Origin: Eledone cirrhosa
Lineage: Eukaryota
Assembly (NCBI GenBank): GCA_964016885.1
Contig: OZ024743.1
Location: 278,070,001-278,134,000, forward strand
DNA: 64,000 nt
Reading direction: 5' to 3'
The notes under the pieces: generated by a model
What the model saw: only the letters and a program-made list of their open reading frames with translations
Told to the model about the DNA's origin: nothing
Database searches by the model: none
Position numbers and translations under genes: made by a program
Shown: positions 25,562 through 41,748 of the stretch, one piece after another
How the letters are laid out: every line of letters begins with the position of its first letter
Position numbering within the stretch: position 1 is the first letter of the stretch

Positions 25562-26580
25562 AACGGATAGAGATAGATAGAGAGAGAGAGAATGAAAAAA
25601 AAAACAGTTTTAAAGCAAAATTCATGGAATAAATGCTTAAAAATGTCTAAAAAATATCCACAAAAAATTGCGAGTAATAAAACAACAGGAAACTCTAAAC
25701 CTAATTTGTAGAAGCAAATAAATTAGGGAGCCAAAAATAAGGGCTAGGATGGTGAGTTGAAGGAAAGTGTGGTAGAGAACATGCTTGTAATCAATCTAGC
25801 TCTCCATGGAGCTTATACTCTCACTGTAGCACCCTGAGGGCATGCATAATTGAAACTGAAATTTCCACGCCCTATATTTCTCAGATACTTACACACATAC
25901 AAGCACACATAGACACACGCACACACACACACAAACACACACATTCACACACAAACATATATATATATATATATATATGCACATACATGAACTCTCATGT
26001 GCGCGTATGTGTGTATGTATCTTTGTATGTATGAATGTATGTATGTATGAATCTATGTATGTGTATGTTTGTATGTATGTATGTATGAATCTATGCATGT
26101 GTATGTTTGTATGTATGTATGTATCTATGTATGTGTATGTTTGTATGTATGTATCTATGTATGTATCTATGTATGTGTGTATGTATGTATGTATCTATGT
26201 ATGTTTGTATGTATGTATGTATTATGTTATCCAGTAGTGTATATGCATTCACAGGAACACACTTGCAAACAAACGTACATAAACCTAAATACATGCATAA
26301 ATATATGTGCACATGTACACGCATACACGCACACACATACACATATATATGCATGTATATGACTGTGTGTACATGTATGTATATATGTGTATGCGTGTGT
26401 ATATATACACATACACACAATATCTCTTTTAATGTTGTCTCTGTAAACAATATGAAATTAGTATTGAACAGACAAAAAAATATTTAGAACAAAACAATAG
26501 AATTTCGTACAAGAGTGAGATAAATAGACAGATAGATACGGCAGGAGAGAGAAGGAAAAGATACACACACACACATACAT

Positions 26581-26618
<38 letters not shown>

Positions 26619-26690
26619 GTATACATATTATACATATTATACATATTATACATATTATATATATATATATAATACATACATATATATATG

Positions 26691-26722
<32 letters not shown>

Positions 26723-26723
26723 A

Positions 26724-26828
<105 letters not shown>

Positions 26829-27390
26829 CTATGTGTGTGCGTGAAAGACTGAAGGAGAGGGTAAGAGAAATTTGAAGAGGAAAAGAACAATGAAAAAATA
26901 TATATATAATAAATGAATTTAAAAAAATATATCCCATTCTTGGAAAAGAATAGAAACCAATACCAACACATAATACATTATTGTAAAACTATAGAAATCA
27001 ATAGAGAATTCGACATTGCAATATAGTAGAGTGTAAATTAAAGTCTATGATGAAATGTATTTAAATTTAGAAACATTTAACAGTTTTCCTTCTTGGTTTC
27101 GTATTTATTATGTCTTGTTACGTTGTCGTACTTATTATACTAGCGTCTGTTGCTTTTTAATATTTTTTAGTTTTTTTTTTGTTTTTGTTTTTGATTTTTT
27201 TTTGTGGGGGGGGTTCTGTGTATTTTATCAACAATTTGCCTTTTGTCTTTGGAGTTGACATCGTCATTGTTGTCGTTGTTGTCGCTGTCGCTGTCGTCGT
27301 CGTTGTCTTCTTCTTCTACTTCTTCTCGCCGTTATTTTCATTGTGTACATTATATATATACACACACACACACACACACCTATATGTATG

Positions 27391-27427
<37 letters not shown>

Positions 27428-27466
27428 GGGTTCGGATCTAGGTGTCGAAACATATATATATATATT

Positions 27467-27561
<95 letters not shown>

Positions 27562-27649
27562 GTTAAACAAGGTTCAATGAATAAATCAAAGAATTAGTTT
27601 TACAATAGATTGGAAGCACTCAACTGCTATGGTTTTCCGGAGTTATTAA

Positions 27650-27917
27650 TATTAATTCCAAATATTAACAAAATTAGAACTTCTTGTGATCCAGTATATT
27701 TTATTATACATATTTCAGAGGTACTGAGCTAACTTCAACAGTACGTCCTCATCAGATAAAATAAGATGACGCATGACATACCCTGATATAGTAGATGATT
27801 AAGATCCAGGCATGGTAGCCATGACTTGATCTTAATAATCTCAGTACCTCTGAAATATGTATAATAAAATATACTGGATCACAAGAAGTTCTATTTTTGT
27901 TAATATTTTGAATTAAT
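27650..27917 (-). mobile_element. Fold-back with HHR at 27698-27762
   Basis: Arms ~27650-27728 and 27839-27917. Minus strand: ATTTTAT-CTGATGA-GGACGTACTG...CAGTACCTCT-GAAA-TATGTA-TA-ATAAAAT. Confidence 0.78.
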
Positions 27918-27931
27918 ATATATATATATAA

Positions 27932-28016
<85 letters not shown>

Positions 28017-28940
28017 TACATATATATATATATATATATATAGATAGATACATATATATATAGATACATATGTATATATACATATACATATATATATATA
28101 TATATATATAATTGGAGCAAGGCTCCTGAAATCCACTTTTTCTGTTTTCAAGGAAACTTTACCCGATTGTCTCAATTATTATATACACTGTGAGTTCAAA
28201 TCCTACCAAGGTTAGCTTTGCTATTCATCTTTAAGGGGTCAATAAAATAAAGTACTAATAATTGCCTTGTTCCTACATCTGGAACCATTATTCCAACTTA
28301 GTTCTATTATCTTTTATTTCAGTCGGATGTTCATACACATATGCACTCACACACTTACAAACACACACACACACACACACACACAGGAACACCCACGTCC
28401 CCTCCCACAAAACACACGCACATAGACATATGTAAACAGATTACTAGATAATAACATTTTATATTGGGGAAAGTCATCATTTCAAATAGCTTTGCCTTAA
28501 AACGAAAAGTAAACATGGTAGAAACATAAGATTTTCACTTTTTGTTGTCCAATGGGAGATTAAATGTGATATAACCAAATTGTGACACTTTCATTCTACA
28601 ACTTACATTCAAAATTATCACCTAAGAAAAACGCTGTGAAAAATATTAATTAATTTATTTATGTCCTCTACTCATGCACTATTATATTTATAATCCAGTA
28701 TAGCTCTCCGAGTGTGTGTACACGAATAATAGCTATTAGCTCTGCCAGCATGTATACAGGATTAATAAATATTAACTCTCCCGTCCAAGAGTAATAGCTA
28801 TTAGCTCAACGTATTTCCATTCCCCCTCGATATGATTACTTTCTTTGTATTCTGTGAATGGAAACTATTTCTTTGATGAAGGTCTACCAAAACTAGAAAT
28901 TAGTCGTATCGGTCATTCCGTTGCACATGAGGTGTAACTA

Positions 28941-30088
28941 TTAGGTTGGACAGTAAGTTCTCGCCCTTTTACAAATTTTATTGACTTTGGCTTTTTTTAA
29001 CATTAGAGACACTTTAAAAAATCAGAATTACCAACATCATTTGCGATGGCCGTCTGCCTTTTAGGAAGGCACATGATTCCATCCTTGTAGAATTTTTCTG
29101 GCTTCGTTGTAAAGAATTTCATAAACAACTGATTTAACTGATCTTCAGTGGCGAAGGTTTTTGACTGTATTTAATTACTCATTCAATGAAAAACGTGATT
29201 GTTTGTAGGCGCGAGGTGGGCTGAATACAACGGGTGGAGAAGTACCATCCACCCTACATCTGGCAGCGACTCACGGTTTATCCTTGATATTTTCGTCTGA
29301 GCGTTAACATGAAGAAATCGAACAGGAACATGATGTGGGTGCATTTGAGCAGTTTTTTCGGTGGAAGCAGCTCGTAGTGGATGAAACCTTTCCACTCTCA
29401 CCAGACTCACAGTAGGGCCTTGCGAGTGTGGAGGCCAGCATTTTCCTGCCTTTGTGGTACACTCAGCTCACGATCGCTTGCGCCTGACATTATTGTAGAG
29501 ACACCAATTTTTATCACCAGTGAAAATGGAACGTAACCAATGGGTTAGGCGATCGTAGAAGAGTAGAGAAGTCGCAACTGCCACCCGATATTAACAATTA
29601 CACTCAGTCAGATTGTGGGGCACCCATTTCTCCAACGTGGACACCTTCCATATTGTATGAAAGCTATTCAGGATGTTTGTTTTCAATGCCTAAAGTACTA
29701 TGGAGAATTGACGTGATATCTGGGTTGGTTTCAAGCAGCACTTAGTTGTCATTGAAGGGACGTCCTGCATGAACAGAAGCGGAACAGAAGCGTGCTAACT
29801 CGTTCTTGGCACTGTGTTTAGATATGGTGTGTGACCCAAATGCATTCTTACTGTGACGAATCGATACTGCTGCGTCTAGGTCAGATTTGAAGTCATAAAG
29901 TAAATAGGCACGAATAAACGATTTGAATAGATCCTTACTGCTTCCCATTTGAGGGTGTAACAGAAAATGAGAAATGCACATACGCATAGCATCATCACTT
30001 CTTATATATGTGCACGTGCGTAACCTTCAACATTTCCTGAAAACTCTACCAGAACACTTCTTGTTTCTTTTTACTTATGACCACCTTA
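28941..30088 (-). mobile_element. Decayed mariner (Tc1/mariner) transposon
   Basis: Motifs LEKWVPHNL, FTGDK, GWMVLLHPLYSAHLAP (YSPDLAP-like), KPEKFYKDGI..LPKR. TA+TTAGGTTGG end at 28939; degenerate opposite TIR at ~30073-30088. Confidence 0.8.
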
Positions 30089-30252
30089 TGACCACCTTCG
30101 TATATGTAGCCCCTTTACACATATCATATTCTTTCTTCTTCTACTACTACTACTACTACTACTACTACTAACACCACCGCCACCGCCACCACCACCACTA
30201 CCACCACTACTACTACTAACACCACCGCCACCATCGCCACCACCACCACCAA

Positions 30253-30300
<48 letters not shown>

Positions 30301-30503
30301 GTCGTTCCCACCCCCTTTGTTTTCAATCGTCTCACATTTCTTATTGGCCATCATTTTAATTATGTTTTTTCTCATGTTTTCTTGTTGATAGTTTTTCATC
30401 TTATCACTGTTCTGAAGTAATTCAATAATGATACAAATAATAACAGCAACAACAACAACAAAAATTGTTATGATTATTATTATCAACACCATATATCTTG
30501 TGA

Positions 30504-31147
30504 CGGATTGGCAATATCGATTGAGCTTCAGACAATATGCTTTGCGCCATAGAGCTATGACTCTTTACGTTCTGAGTTCAAATCCCGCCGTGGTTAGCTT
30601 TGCCTTTCACCCTTACCGGGTCGATAAATACAGCACCAGTAATACACTCGGGACGATTAAAGCGACTTTCCCCCCTCTCCCCAAATTGTTGGTCTTGTGC
30701 CTGAAGTAGAAACAATTATTATTGTTATTGGTGGCTTTTCAGGATTGGTAGAGCGTCAGGTACCATGCTTTGTAGCATAGAGTTATGGCTCCCTACGTTC
30801 TGAGTTCGAATTCCGCCGAGGTTAGCTTTACTTTTCATCCTTACGGGGTCGATAAATAAAGTACCAGTAATGCACTGAGATCGATTTAATCGACTTTCCT
30901 TTCCCCCAGATTGCTGGCCTTGTGCCTATAGTAGAAATCATTGTTATTATTTTCATCGATGGATTGGCAGTATCGATTGAGAGTCGGGCGCCATGCTTTT
31001 CAGCATAGAGTTATGGCCCTTTATGATCTGAGTTCAAATCTCGCCGAGGTTTACTTTGCCTTTCATCTTTAGGGGGTCGATAAAATAAAGTACTAGTAAT
31101 GCTCTGGGATAATTGCTGGCCTTGTGCCAAAAATAGAAGCAATTATT
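30504..31147 (+). mobile_element. Three head-to-tail SINE copies
   Basis: ~30504-30720, ~30730-30945 and ~30958-31147, each with a B-box and the GGTCGATAAA body. Confidence 0.85.
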
Positions 31148-34100
31148 ATCATTGTATAGTTGACAATCTGATTTCCAATTTAAAAAATCCATACTTAATT
31201 TTTTTTAAAACAAGTTTTGTATCAGTGTTGTCCACATGTATTCGTTTATGTGTGAATATATCTGTACGCTTGAAAATGTTAATGCGTGCGTTAATATGTA
31301 CTTGTGTCTGTGCGTGAATAAATATATGCATATGTTTTCTATGTGTGTGTATGTGTGTTGTTAAGCAAGTATTAATTAATCGAAAGTAAAAGAAACTAAA
31401 AATTGTGAGACACAAAGACCAAGAGTAAAAAAAAATCTTCTTCGAAAATAATTGTTGTAATTAAGTAAATTAAAATACCAAGACACATAAAATATAAAGA
31501 GATAAAAAGTAAATGGTGGCAATTGATAGATTATTATTGTTGACATTGTTAAATTGTTTTTTTTTACTTTATTTTTTGTTTTGGTTTGACATCATCTCAG
31601 TAAGATATTATCACTTCAGATATTAGTATTCTTCATATTAATAGCTCAATTCTATTTTTTCATATGGCAGTTTTCTTTTCACCAGCTCTTCCATATTAGT
31701 TTCAAATAACATGACTCAACTCTTATGGAGATGATCATAAAAATGATTTGCATTTCGACAATACCAACTTTTCCTACCTATGGGCATTGAGCAAGGAAAC
31801 CATTGATTGTCTAGTAGGACCATTTTTTGTGTTAAAATGTTCACCAACTTTATTGTTCACGAATGAATGCATTGCAAAATTAAGGTGTGTCGTATATAGC
31901 ATCGCTCTAGCCGCAAAACAACGGTGTTTATTTCCTCAATACCAGGGGAATGAAACGGAACATTAATATTTGGCCAGAAAGACGGGCAGTGCCAAATAAC
32001 CATTTCTAGTATCACCAATATTGTTGAAAAGGGGCAGGAAATGAGCTCAAACTGAAGCCATGTGCCAAATGCTTAAAACAAACTGAAATTCGCCAAACGC
32101 ACTCAGTTGCCAGTATTAGACCCGGTGTGTGTGTGTGTGTGTGGGGGGGGGGGGGGTATATTAAGTATATATACTTAATACCTCCCCCCACCGGGTTTAA
32201 GTAGATGATAGCAGGATTGTAACTTCGAGTGCAATGATCTGGAACAAACACTGAGAAACGATCCTGGAAGAATAAAAGGCTTATTTGACTTAGGTGGAAT
32301 TTGAACTCATAATGATGGAGTTCAAATCCTATCAAGATCAATTTTGTTTTATATTTTTCCTGAATCGATAAATAATCTTTGAGGCATTTGTATATGGAAA
32401 ATATATATATAGACGAAATTAAAGAGTGCAAAACATATAGACTAGCGTCGTATGTTCTCCACTATCTAAAGCCCCTTTTGCATTTGATATTTTGGTAAAA
32501 TTTACATGAGTGCTGTAAGAGAGAGGTACGTTCTCGGTATGGCGAATCATAGCTACAATTTTGAACCCATCTCTAAATGTTACACGTAAATTACGTAAAT
32601 ATTGCCCTTGCGAAAACACCTAGCGCTCACATGCATTGTTTTGGCGAGAGCCCTTTCTCAGTTAGTGGTCGGCATGGATTGAAGAGATCATTTTCATGTA
32701 TTGTGTTTCTATTCAATCTATAATCTTATAAAAGATACACCATTACGATTCAAACACTTATCGAATCAACAAGAACATCAACATATGCCACTAGAACTAA
32801 TACACAGCGGTATTCCTCAAGCATCATGATATCACATTCGAAAAAAAGTTCACATTAGATAATGTAGTCTTCAGAAAATAGATAGATGACATTTTCATAT
32901 CAAGAACGTCTAATACTTTGCGCTAATAAACACCAAACACTCGTTAGTTTTATAACAATTGTACTGGCAATGGCAGTATTGATTTGCTCTTAACTTATTA
33001 CAATTATTCTCTGAAGTAAGTCATTGGAAATTTAAATGTACTGTCCACAAACACAACAAAATGCCCATTAGAGGAAACGATCTGCTGAACGCCTTTACTA
33101 ATTCTCTATCGATATTACTTTATTGTCATATATTTTATGCTTAGGTCATTTATTATTAGGTAGAACAATGATGAGCCATTTTCTAGCCGTACCAATCTCT
33201 CTTTTGCATAATTTTGCACTGTCAAATGTGACCTCTTTAAAGGCGATACTCTGATATGTAGGAAATTTAGCTGTTATTCTTAGTTGGTCAAACGAATATG
33301 TAAAGTTGTTCACATTGAGTTTGTACAAGATAAAAATATAAACATACATGTTCTGTTTAATAAATGTCATATTCCCAAAACGAAATTCCAGGATGCAAAA
33401 TATTCAGTTCTCAAACAAAGCATGTATGTTTGAATAAAAATAAAAAAAAACTAAGTTTCGTCCATCTTCATTAAACTTTCGAACCACTTTGTGGCTAGTG
33501 TTCCGTTTCACTGCTTTGAATTGATAAATGCAAGTATTGCTACTATAATGAAGGGTCTGTGCTATTTTCTCAACATTTCGATTACACAAAAAATGACAAT
33601 GTGCATACATCAAAGAAATTAGTATTGGCGAAGTAGCAATAGTTGAGTTCATAGGAATACCAAGTATATATTTTATTTATCTATATATTATTTTATTCAT
33701 TTATTTGGTTTGTATTATATTTGTTGAATAATAGCGTCGTTGGTTAAAAATTCCCAACGGCAGGGACCTGGTTCACTGCTTTACTGACGGTGAGAGTGAC
33801 AAGAGAATGTCTTTGTAACTCGGGCAGAACAAATACCATACGAAGTATTTTTATTCGAAGGAACCGTTTTTATGTGTGTTCGTGGGGTCTCATCGTCAAT
33901 GATTCATTCTTTAGCTTATATCAGTCAACGAATGATATACACATGCATACAAACACACGCACATGCGCACACACATATCTCTTTCAGTGGTATTTATGTG
34001 TATGTGTGTATGTGTGTGTGTGTGCGCGCAATTTCCATTTTCCATTTTCCATTTGATTCGTAAGGCATTAGTCAATTCAGGGTTATGATAAGTGACACCT

Positions 34101-34204
34101 GTCTCAAGTGCCGCAGTTTGGAGTGAAACTGGGAGCCACATGGCTGTAAGGCGACCGACTTCATCAAGCTATTATCTTTCACATATTATTAGCCAGTGTT
34201 CGTT

Positions 34205-34388
34205 GATTGGCAGTATCGGTAGAGGCTCTGATGCCATGTTTTCCAGCATAGTTACGTCCCTTTACGGTCTGAGTTCGAATCCCGCCAAGGTTAACTTTGT
34301 CTTTCATCCTTACGAGGTCGATAAAATAAAGTACCAGTAATGCACTGGGTAATTGCTGGCCTTGCGCCAAAAGTAGAAACAATTATTA
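34205..34388 (+). mobile_element. SINE
   Basis: Matches the SINE consensus. Confidence 0.85.
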
Positions 34389-36182
34389 CCCTTATAGACG
34401 CAACCATTCACTGTATCTAAATATATTATTCATTTACTCCTAATAGAAAAAAGTGAACGATTTCTGTTTATATAATTAATTATTATTTCGCTCTTTTCAT
34501 AACCGTGGGGGAAAAGTGTTACACTAATATACATTACCGTGTTCAAGTCTGGTCTTTAATTATTTCTAGTTGAAACACTACCGTAGTCGAGATTGCCCGA
34601 GATTTATGAATTATCATGACAGAATTTCACCGATTAACTTCCTTGAACTAACCTTTTTACATTACACCTATATAAAAGGCATCAAGTTATATACATTTTC
34701 AAGATGAATTTGTGGTGGGGGTAGCAGGTAAGCCTAAGAAGCTGGATGTTTATGTGCTCTACATAAATCCTCTCAGCATTTATAAAAATCTAATAAAGTT
34801 ATATAAACTGGATATATGACTGACTATAGATTAAACTCCGAATGTAAGGTAAATGGTGTTTTTCTGCATCGCTAATATCTTCTGAAACGATCGGTGAGTT
34901 CACTAGACAAGAAGAGTAAAGGATCTCATGTTTTGGGCCCTTGCTCTTCATCTAAGAATCCAAGAATTAGGAAGTGAGTAAGAGTGTGAGTAAATGAGAG
35001 AGTGAGAGAAAGAAAGAAAGTGTGCATGAGAGAGAAACGTGAGAGACTGAGTATTGTTGCACTTTGTTACTGACAAGAAATTGAAGTTATGTGTGTGATA
35101 TATGTACTGTATTGAGAGTTAAGAGCAAGAGCACGGAGTTCTCGCGTTAATTTATTTGTTCCCATATCAGCGTTCACTCGGGACATACTGAGTGGTCTCC
35201 GATGATCAAAGTCGTTTGACGAGGTTTTCGGCAACCTCTCGCGTCTGATGAACGAAAGCTGTAATTAAGGAGAGTGTTTAGAAAGAGATAATACCGCATG
35301 TTCTTTAGGAAAGGGAAAAGATGAAACGATGAAAGAAACACAAAAACAAAGAATAACCACATTTAGTAATCTAACCTTGTAAATGGATCAGTCTATATAT
35401 AGCAGTTTAGAAACAACTAACCATTTAAAGCATCATCATCTCTGAAATATTGTTTGTTAAATTCTAGCACCGATTTCAACTTTAGTAACTGCATATTTTG
35501 TATGTCAAACGAAACTATAGGATATATGTTTGGTAAAGCGTAGCACTAGATTCACGACAAGAATATTTGGTGGTTTTAACGAAGCAGGAATGGACTGTGC
35601 CCGAACCAGTCAAATGTTCTGTGAAACATGTGTGATTAATGCGGATGATGCTGAAATGGCTGTTGATTGATCTCTACAGGAGGAAAGATGTTCAGGAAAT
35701 TAAGTCAAGATCATTAATGTTCTGCGGTGGAAACTTAGGTTTAGCTGTTAGAGAAGAACCGAGGTGTAAAGACATAGTAGTGCTGAAGAAATGATGAGAG
35801 TTGTTTCTGTTGTGTTAGGTGAAAGTGTGTAACCAGTCAGCTCTGCGGAGAAGAGGATGCGAACTAATGGAACAAGAGGTGTTTGTGGACTAGGTGCTGT
35901 AAATAGAAGTGTGTTGTTTAGTGAGTCCAAACCTCTGTCAAAAACTAGCTGAAGATAAGGTTTAAGCATTGACCTACAAAAACTAGAAACATTAGGTAAT
36001 ATATAGTGTTGAAATGTAACAGCGTCATATTGATTATGCAATACATATTGCAACTGTGGTATCTGAGGTCATCATTGTGAAATCGAAACTAGGAATTCCT
36101 CTGAATGAAGTGACGTGAAAACGACATTTCAACGTGATTGTTGCTTCTATATTCTAGAGGCATTTTAACTCTAACCTCATAA

Positions 36183-36252
<70 letters not shown>

Positions 36253-36415
36253 CCATGTTTATATATTATATACATACATATATGCATACACACACTCAGA
36301 GGCACACAGAAACACGTATATATAAATATATATACATCGTATACATGGAAATATACGTACATATATATGTGTGTGTATATATGTATGCATGTAACTTATG
36401 TATGTATGTATGTAT

Positions 36416-36446
<31 letters not shown>

Positions 36447-37358
36447 GTTGGTATGTGTGTTTGAGGTGATCTTTACAAATGTATATACAGCATTGCTTAA
36501 TTGAGAACCTTTTTTTATACCACAACCTTTGTATTTGTATGTGTGTGTGAATGTATGCGTATGTGTGCGCATTGTGTGGAATATGTGAAAGTACAGGGGG
36601 TCAAATAAGGTTAATTATTCGGGTAGAGTAAGCCGATTAGGTCACAACACTTAACCTTCCTGTATGTATAGACGTCAGCACACATTTCTCACGAGTCATA
36701 CACGACCAGTTGTCTAATTAATTTAACACTTCACTTGCTCTCTAGCAACGTGGAAGCTGTGGCATTAACCATCAGTACATGTGTCAATCATCCTTACTGT
36801 AGGACTGTAGCTGTTGTTGTTAGTGGTGGTGCTACTGATGGTGGTAGTGATGATGATGGTGATGATGATGACGACGGCGACGACGATGAGAAAATATGTG
36901 ACGACGAAGATGATGGTGATGATAATGATTATGATGGTGCTCATTAAGATGATGGTGATTATAGTGGCGATGACTATGATGTGATGATGATGAACGTAAT
37001 GGTGGTAGTGTCAAAAAGATATACACACACACAATAATTTTCAAAAAGCCGGTAGAATGTGGTAGACAAATAAGGAGGGCAAACGATGATAAACAAAACA
37101 AAACAAAAGTAATTTATTACGCAGTGTGCTTCAGCATGGGATTTCAGTGATAACTCTCTTTCCAAACGGTTAAAGTACTCTTCCCTAACTGACCAGATAA
37201 GGAAGAAAGCTTGGATCACTCGTTTTGTTTTGAACTGTTTCAGCTTCGCATCTGAAAAGAGGGTTTTCCCTGCTTCTTTTTCTACCGCATTGTACCAGCT
37301 TTTAGTAAATTATCGCTCTTTTACTACATTTATCACAATACGTCGTATTAACTACAGT

Positions 37359-37440
<82 letters not shown>

Positions 37441-37753
37441 AATAAAAGTTCAGCGAGAATCGCATTTCGGCGGGCAGGAAAGGCGAAACGAAACGCAAAA
37501 TTCAGAAATGACACTGGAAAAGTGCTCAATAGTTAAAAACCAGAGCTAAACCATGTGTTAAGAAGCCATAAAAAACTGAAAAGGTGGTTTTAGAAGGCAT
37601 TAACCACCCAAGCCAAAAAGCCAAATCAAGCTAAATATATATATATATATAATATAAAATTTAGTACAGCATCATCGAAGCTCTGGTTGCAGCCTAGCGA
37701 ACGAATGCAATCTCGGTGTACAGCTAAGCACTCAATAGGGTATATTACCCTAG

Positions 37754-38063
<310 letters not shown>

Positions 38064-38351
38064 AATAGCTCTGTTTTATACATAGAGCACTGATTTTTCC
38101 TTTGCTTTTTCTTCGGAAATACTTAACACACACACACACACACACATACTTGGTAAAAATATCCAAGTAATATGAGCATTCAGTCTGTGTGACATGATAT
38201 GATGTACAATCAATTGAAATGTTACAACGATGCCATTTACCTAAAGCCAGTGTTGCAGTATTTCTATTTATTGTATCAGCTTCCTGCTTACACAAAATTT
38301 TGACCTTGAATTTACAATTCACATACCATCAAATGTGCACAGGCACATGCA

Positions 38352-38440
<89 letters not shown>

Positions 38441-38729
38441 ATATACATGTGTATACGTACGCACAAAGTTGCTCTACCTATTGCACGCCAACACCCACAT
38501 ACGAAAAAAAGAAAAATAGGGCCGATGCTTACATATATACACCCATCATCTCACAAATCACAACAAACACTATATCTTTTGTCACATCGCCAGTGTAAAG
38601 TGTACATCGATAATGGAGTTGCGTCCATAAATTCTATGGGTGAACCTGAGCCAATCCTCTGCGAAACGTAACAGGTCGTTACACAATAAAAATCTCAATA
38701 GATATAAACGAAACTTCATCTTTCTCTCG

Positions 38730-38930
38730 AGACAAACCACAAACCCTCCATCTCAATTTTACTTTTGAAAAGCATAAGAACTGTGAAACAGGTAAAGGGA
38801 ATAAATATATATTCTTAAAAAGATTTAGTTTGCATTTTCGATTTCTTTTCCTTATACTTTCACCCGTGTAGGACATCTGGTTTTTTTCTTTTTCTTTTAA
38901 TATATTTTAATAAAAAACCTCATTTTCTTA
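38730..38930 (+). mobile_element. Diverged copy of the 55.3-kb family, with a U3-A8 HHR (38762-38798)
   Basis: CTT-TTGAAAA-GCAT AAGAA CTGT-GAAA-CAGG-TA-AAGG; flanks align to 55458-55663. Confidence 0.7.
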
Positions 38931-39987
38931 TATATATATGTATATATATTATATTATATTATATATATATAAGTTTATCACGGGTTTAATCGGAGGTAAC
39001 CAGAGTAAGTAAGGGACTCAATACCAAGCAGAGTAAACATATTTTTAAAAAAGTAAAAATAGTAAAAATATTTAATATAGAATTTTGACGATTCTGTTGT
39101 TGGTGACAAAATATTATGAATGTTATATAATATTCGCCGCTTCTAGTTATTTCGCTGAACTAATTTTACTTTCAATTATACCAATTGCCTTTCGTATCAA
39201 ATATACCTAATTATTTTTCCATAAATAAAGATGTAATTTTTCATTAGTAAGTAGGTTGAAATTGATGTATGCTGACGAAATCTAACAGGGCGAAGCCTAT
39301 CTCCATAGTTGCCGTAGCTTCCAACAACGAACAGTGTGTCCATAAACTCGTGTGTTAAATCATTCATGAATCTATACTAACGTAGAGTTATATATCTTGC
39401 AGCACCTATTCATATTCCGTAGTTGCTGATATTATATTCAATAAAGGTTAAATTTGCCATCACTTATGGATTAAATTATTAGTCTTGAGCTATGTATCGG
39501 GGGAACTACGTCGGAAGAGATGCATTGCTGTGGTCTTTTGCTGCTTTGTGTTCTATGTTCAAATCCAGCTGTGGCGTTCTTTGGTTTAAACTTAGTCTGT
39601 CTTCTAGTTTAGCATTACCACATTACACATGGAGCCCAATCTTTAAAAGCATTCGGGCATGGTCTCTGATTTGATGACAACATCCTGTCACTCTTCCTCC
39701 GTCCCTTCCTCTCACCTTCATTCACACCAATCTCAAATGTGTCATGGTACTGCTGTTTACTCCTTCACTAAGCATTAAAAAATGGCTCCAGGTGTTTTGT
39801 TTTACGTCTCTCTTTCCGAGGGAGGCTGGAAACAAATTACCAAAGTATCGTACACGAGAATCACAACACCACATTTTAAATTAATTATCCAAATTCATGC
39901 TCCTAGAACCCTAAAGTCATTTCTCGTAACTCGTTCTACATACACACACACACCACACACACCCATATATATATATATATATACGTA

Positions 39988-40477
<490 letters not shown>

Positions 40478-40535
40478 ATAATATATGTGTGCATATGTGA
40501 AAGTGAATATGTGTATATATATATATACACACATG

Positions 40536-40627
<92 letters not shown>

Positions 40628-40698
40628 CATATAGTAATAATATATGTGTGTATATGTGAAAGTGAATATGTGTATATATATATATACACACATGTATT

Positions 40699-40736
<38 letters not shown>

Positions 40737-40958
40737 TTTATATGTGTATGTATATATGTAATTACGTATGCATAAGAGATATAAATATGTTAAATATGGA
40801 GGTCTTTGAATACATGTGGTAGATTATATAAATATAAATGTGTTAAGTTTTAAAATTTCACACATTCAGCACACGAGTTTCTGATGTATACATTTGCTGA
40901 CATGATAATCAGAAATGCTACATATTAATTCATATATATATGATATATATATATATAC

Positions 40959-41090
<132 letters not shown>

Positions 41091-41116
41091 CTGTGTGTGT
41101 ATATATGTATATATAT

Positions 41117-41175
<59 letters not shown>

Positions 41176-41610
41176 AAGACCGGGTCTTCAAGTCACAAGC
41201 GGTTAGAATCTAGAGATTTTTTATTACTTTTTTATTAGTTTTTACTACTTAATTTTATTATTTATATATTATCTTTTAATCTCAATTTATTAAACTATTC
41301 TATAACGTCCCATTCTCTAATTCGTCCAGGATCCTTTTTCGCCTGCTTCCTAACTAGCCTAATTTCATACACACTCCTTAGAATTTGCTGTATAGAATTC
41401 ACTTTCAACGCTTGGCCTGTTCCCCCACCCCCTCATTGTTCTACAGGCAAGTTCAGCTACACCCACCTCCCACCCACTGCCATGAAAGATTTAATTGTGT
41501 TTACAAGAAATTTTGACCAATCCTTTTGACAACTACAATCTTCCCATATAAGGAATTACCCTTTCAAAAGTTCGGCTACTAATTTACCACGCTAAAAATT
41601 CTATTTTAGT

Positions 41611-41748
41611 CCAGAAATAGCCGTCGAAATGGCTTAGGCGCTCTGCCGTCGGGGTTAAACTTTTTCCTATTACCCACTCTACTACCCTAAATATTGATTA
41701 CTTTGGTACCTAATGGTCAATCTGGTTCCTTACCAGACCTCCTTCGTT
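41611..41748 (+). repeat. Diverged ~135-bp family copy at the 3' end of a longer TA-flanked insert (41172-41748)
   Basis: CCAGAAATAGCCGTCGAAATGGC...CCTTCGTT. Confidence 0.7.

Noticed and set aside
27230-27345. Acidic or low-complexity coding exon (also 36790-37010)
   Set aside because: Trinucleotide-repeat derived, with no splice or codon support.
35230-35270. CTGATGA AC GAAA as an HHR
   Set aside because: No room for helix II and no helix I pairing.
35380-36050. Possible decayed LINE RT or exon on the minus strand
   Set aside because: Only faint motifs (DLDLIS, TLYQTYI..RLTY) with many stops; insufficient to call.
39268-39308. Weak HHR-like traces (also ~8225-8260, ~62588-62628 and ~15925-15950)
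   Set aside because: Core mutations and poor helices; may be old decayed copies but cannot be distinguished from chance.
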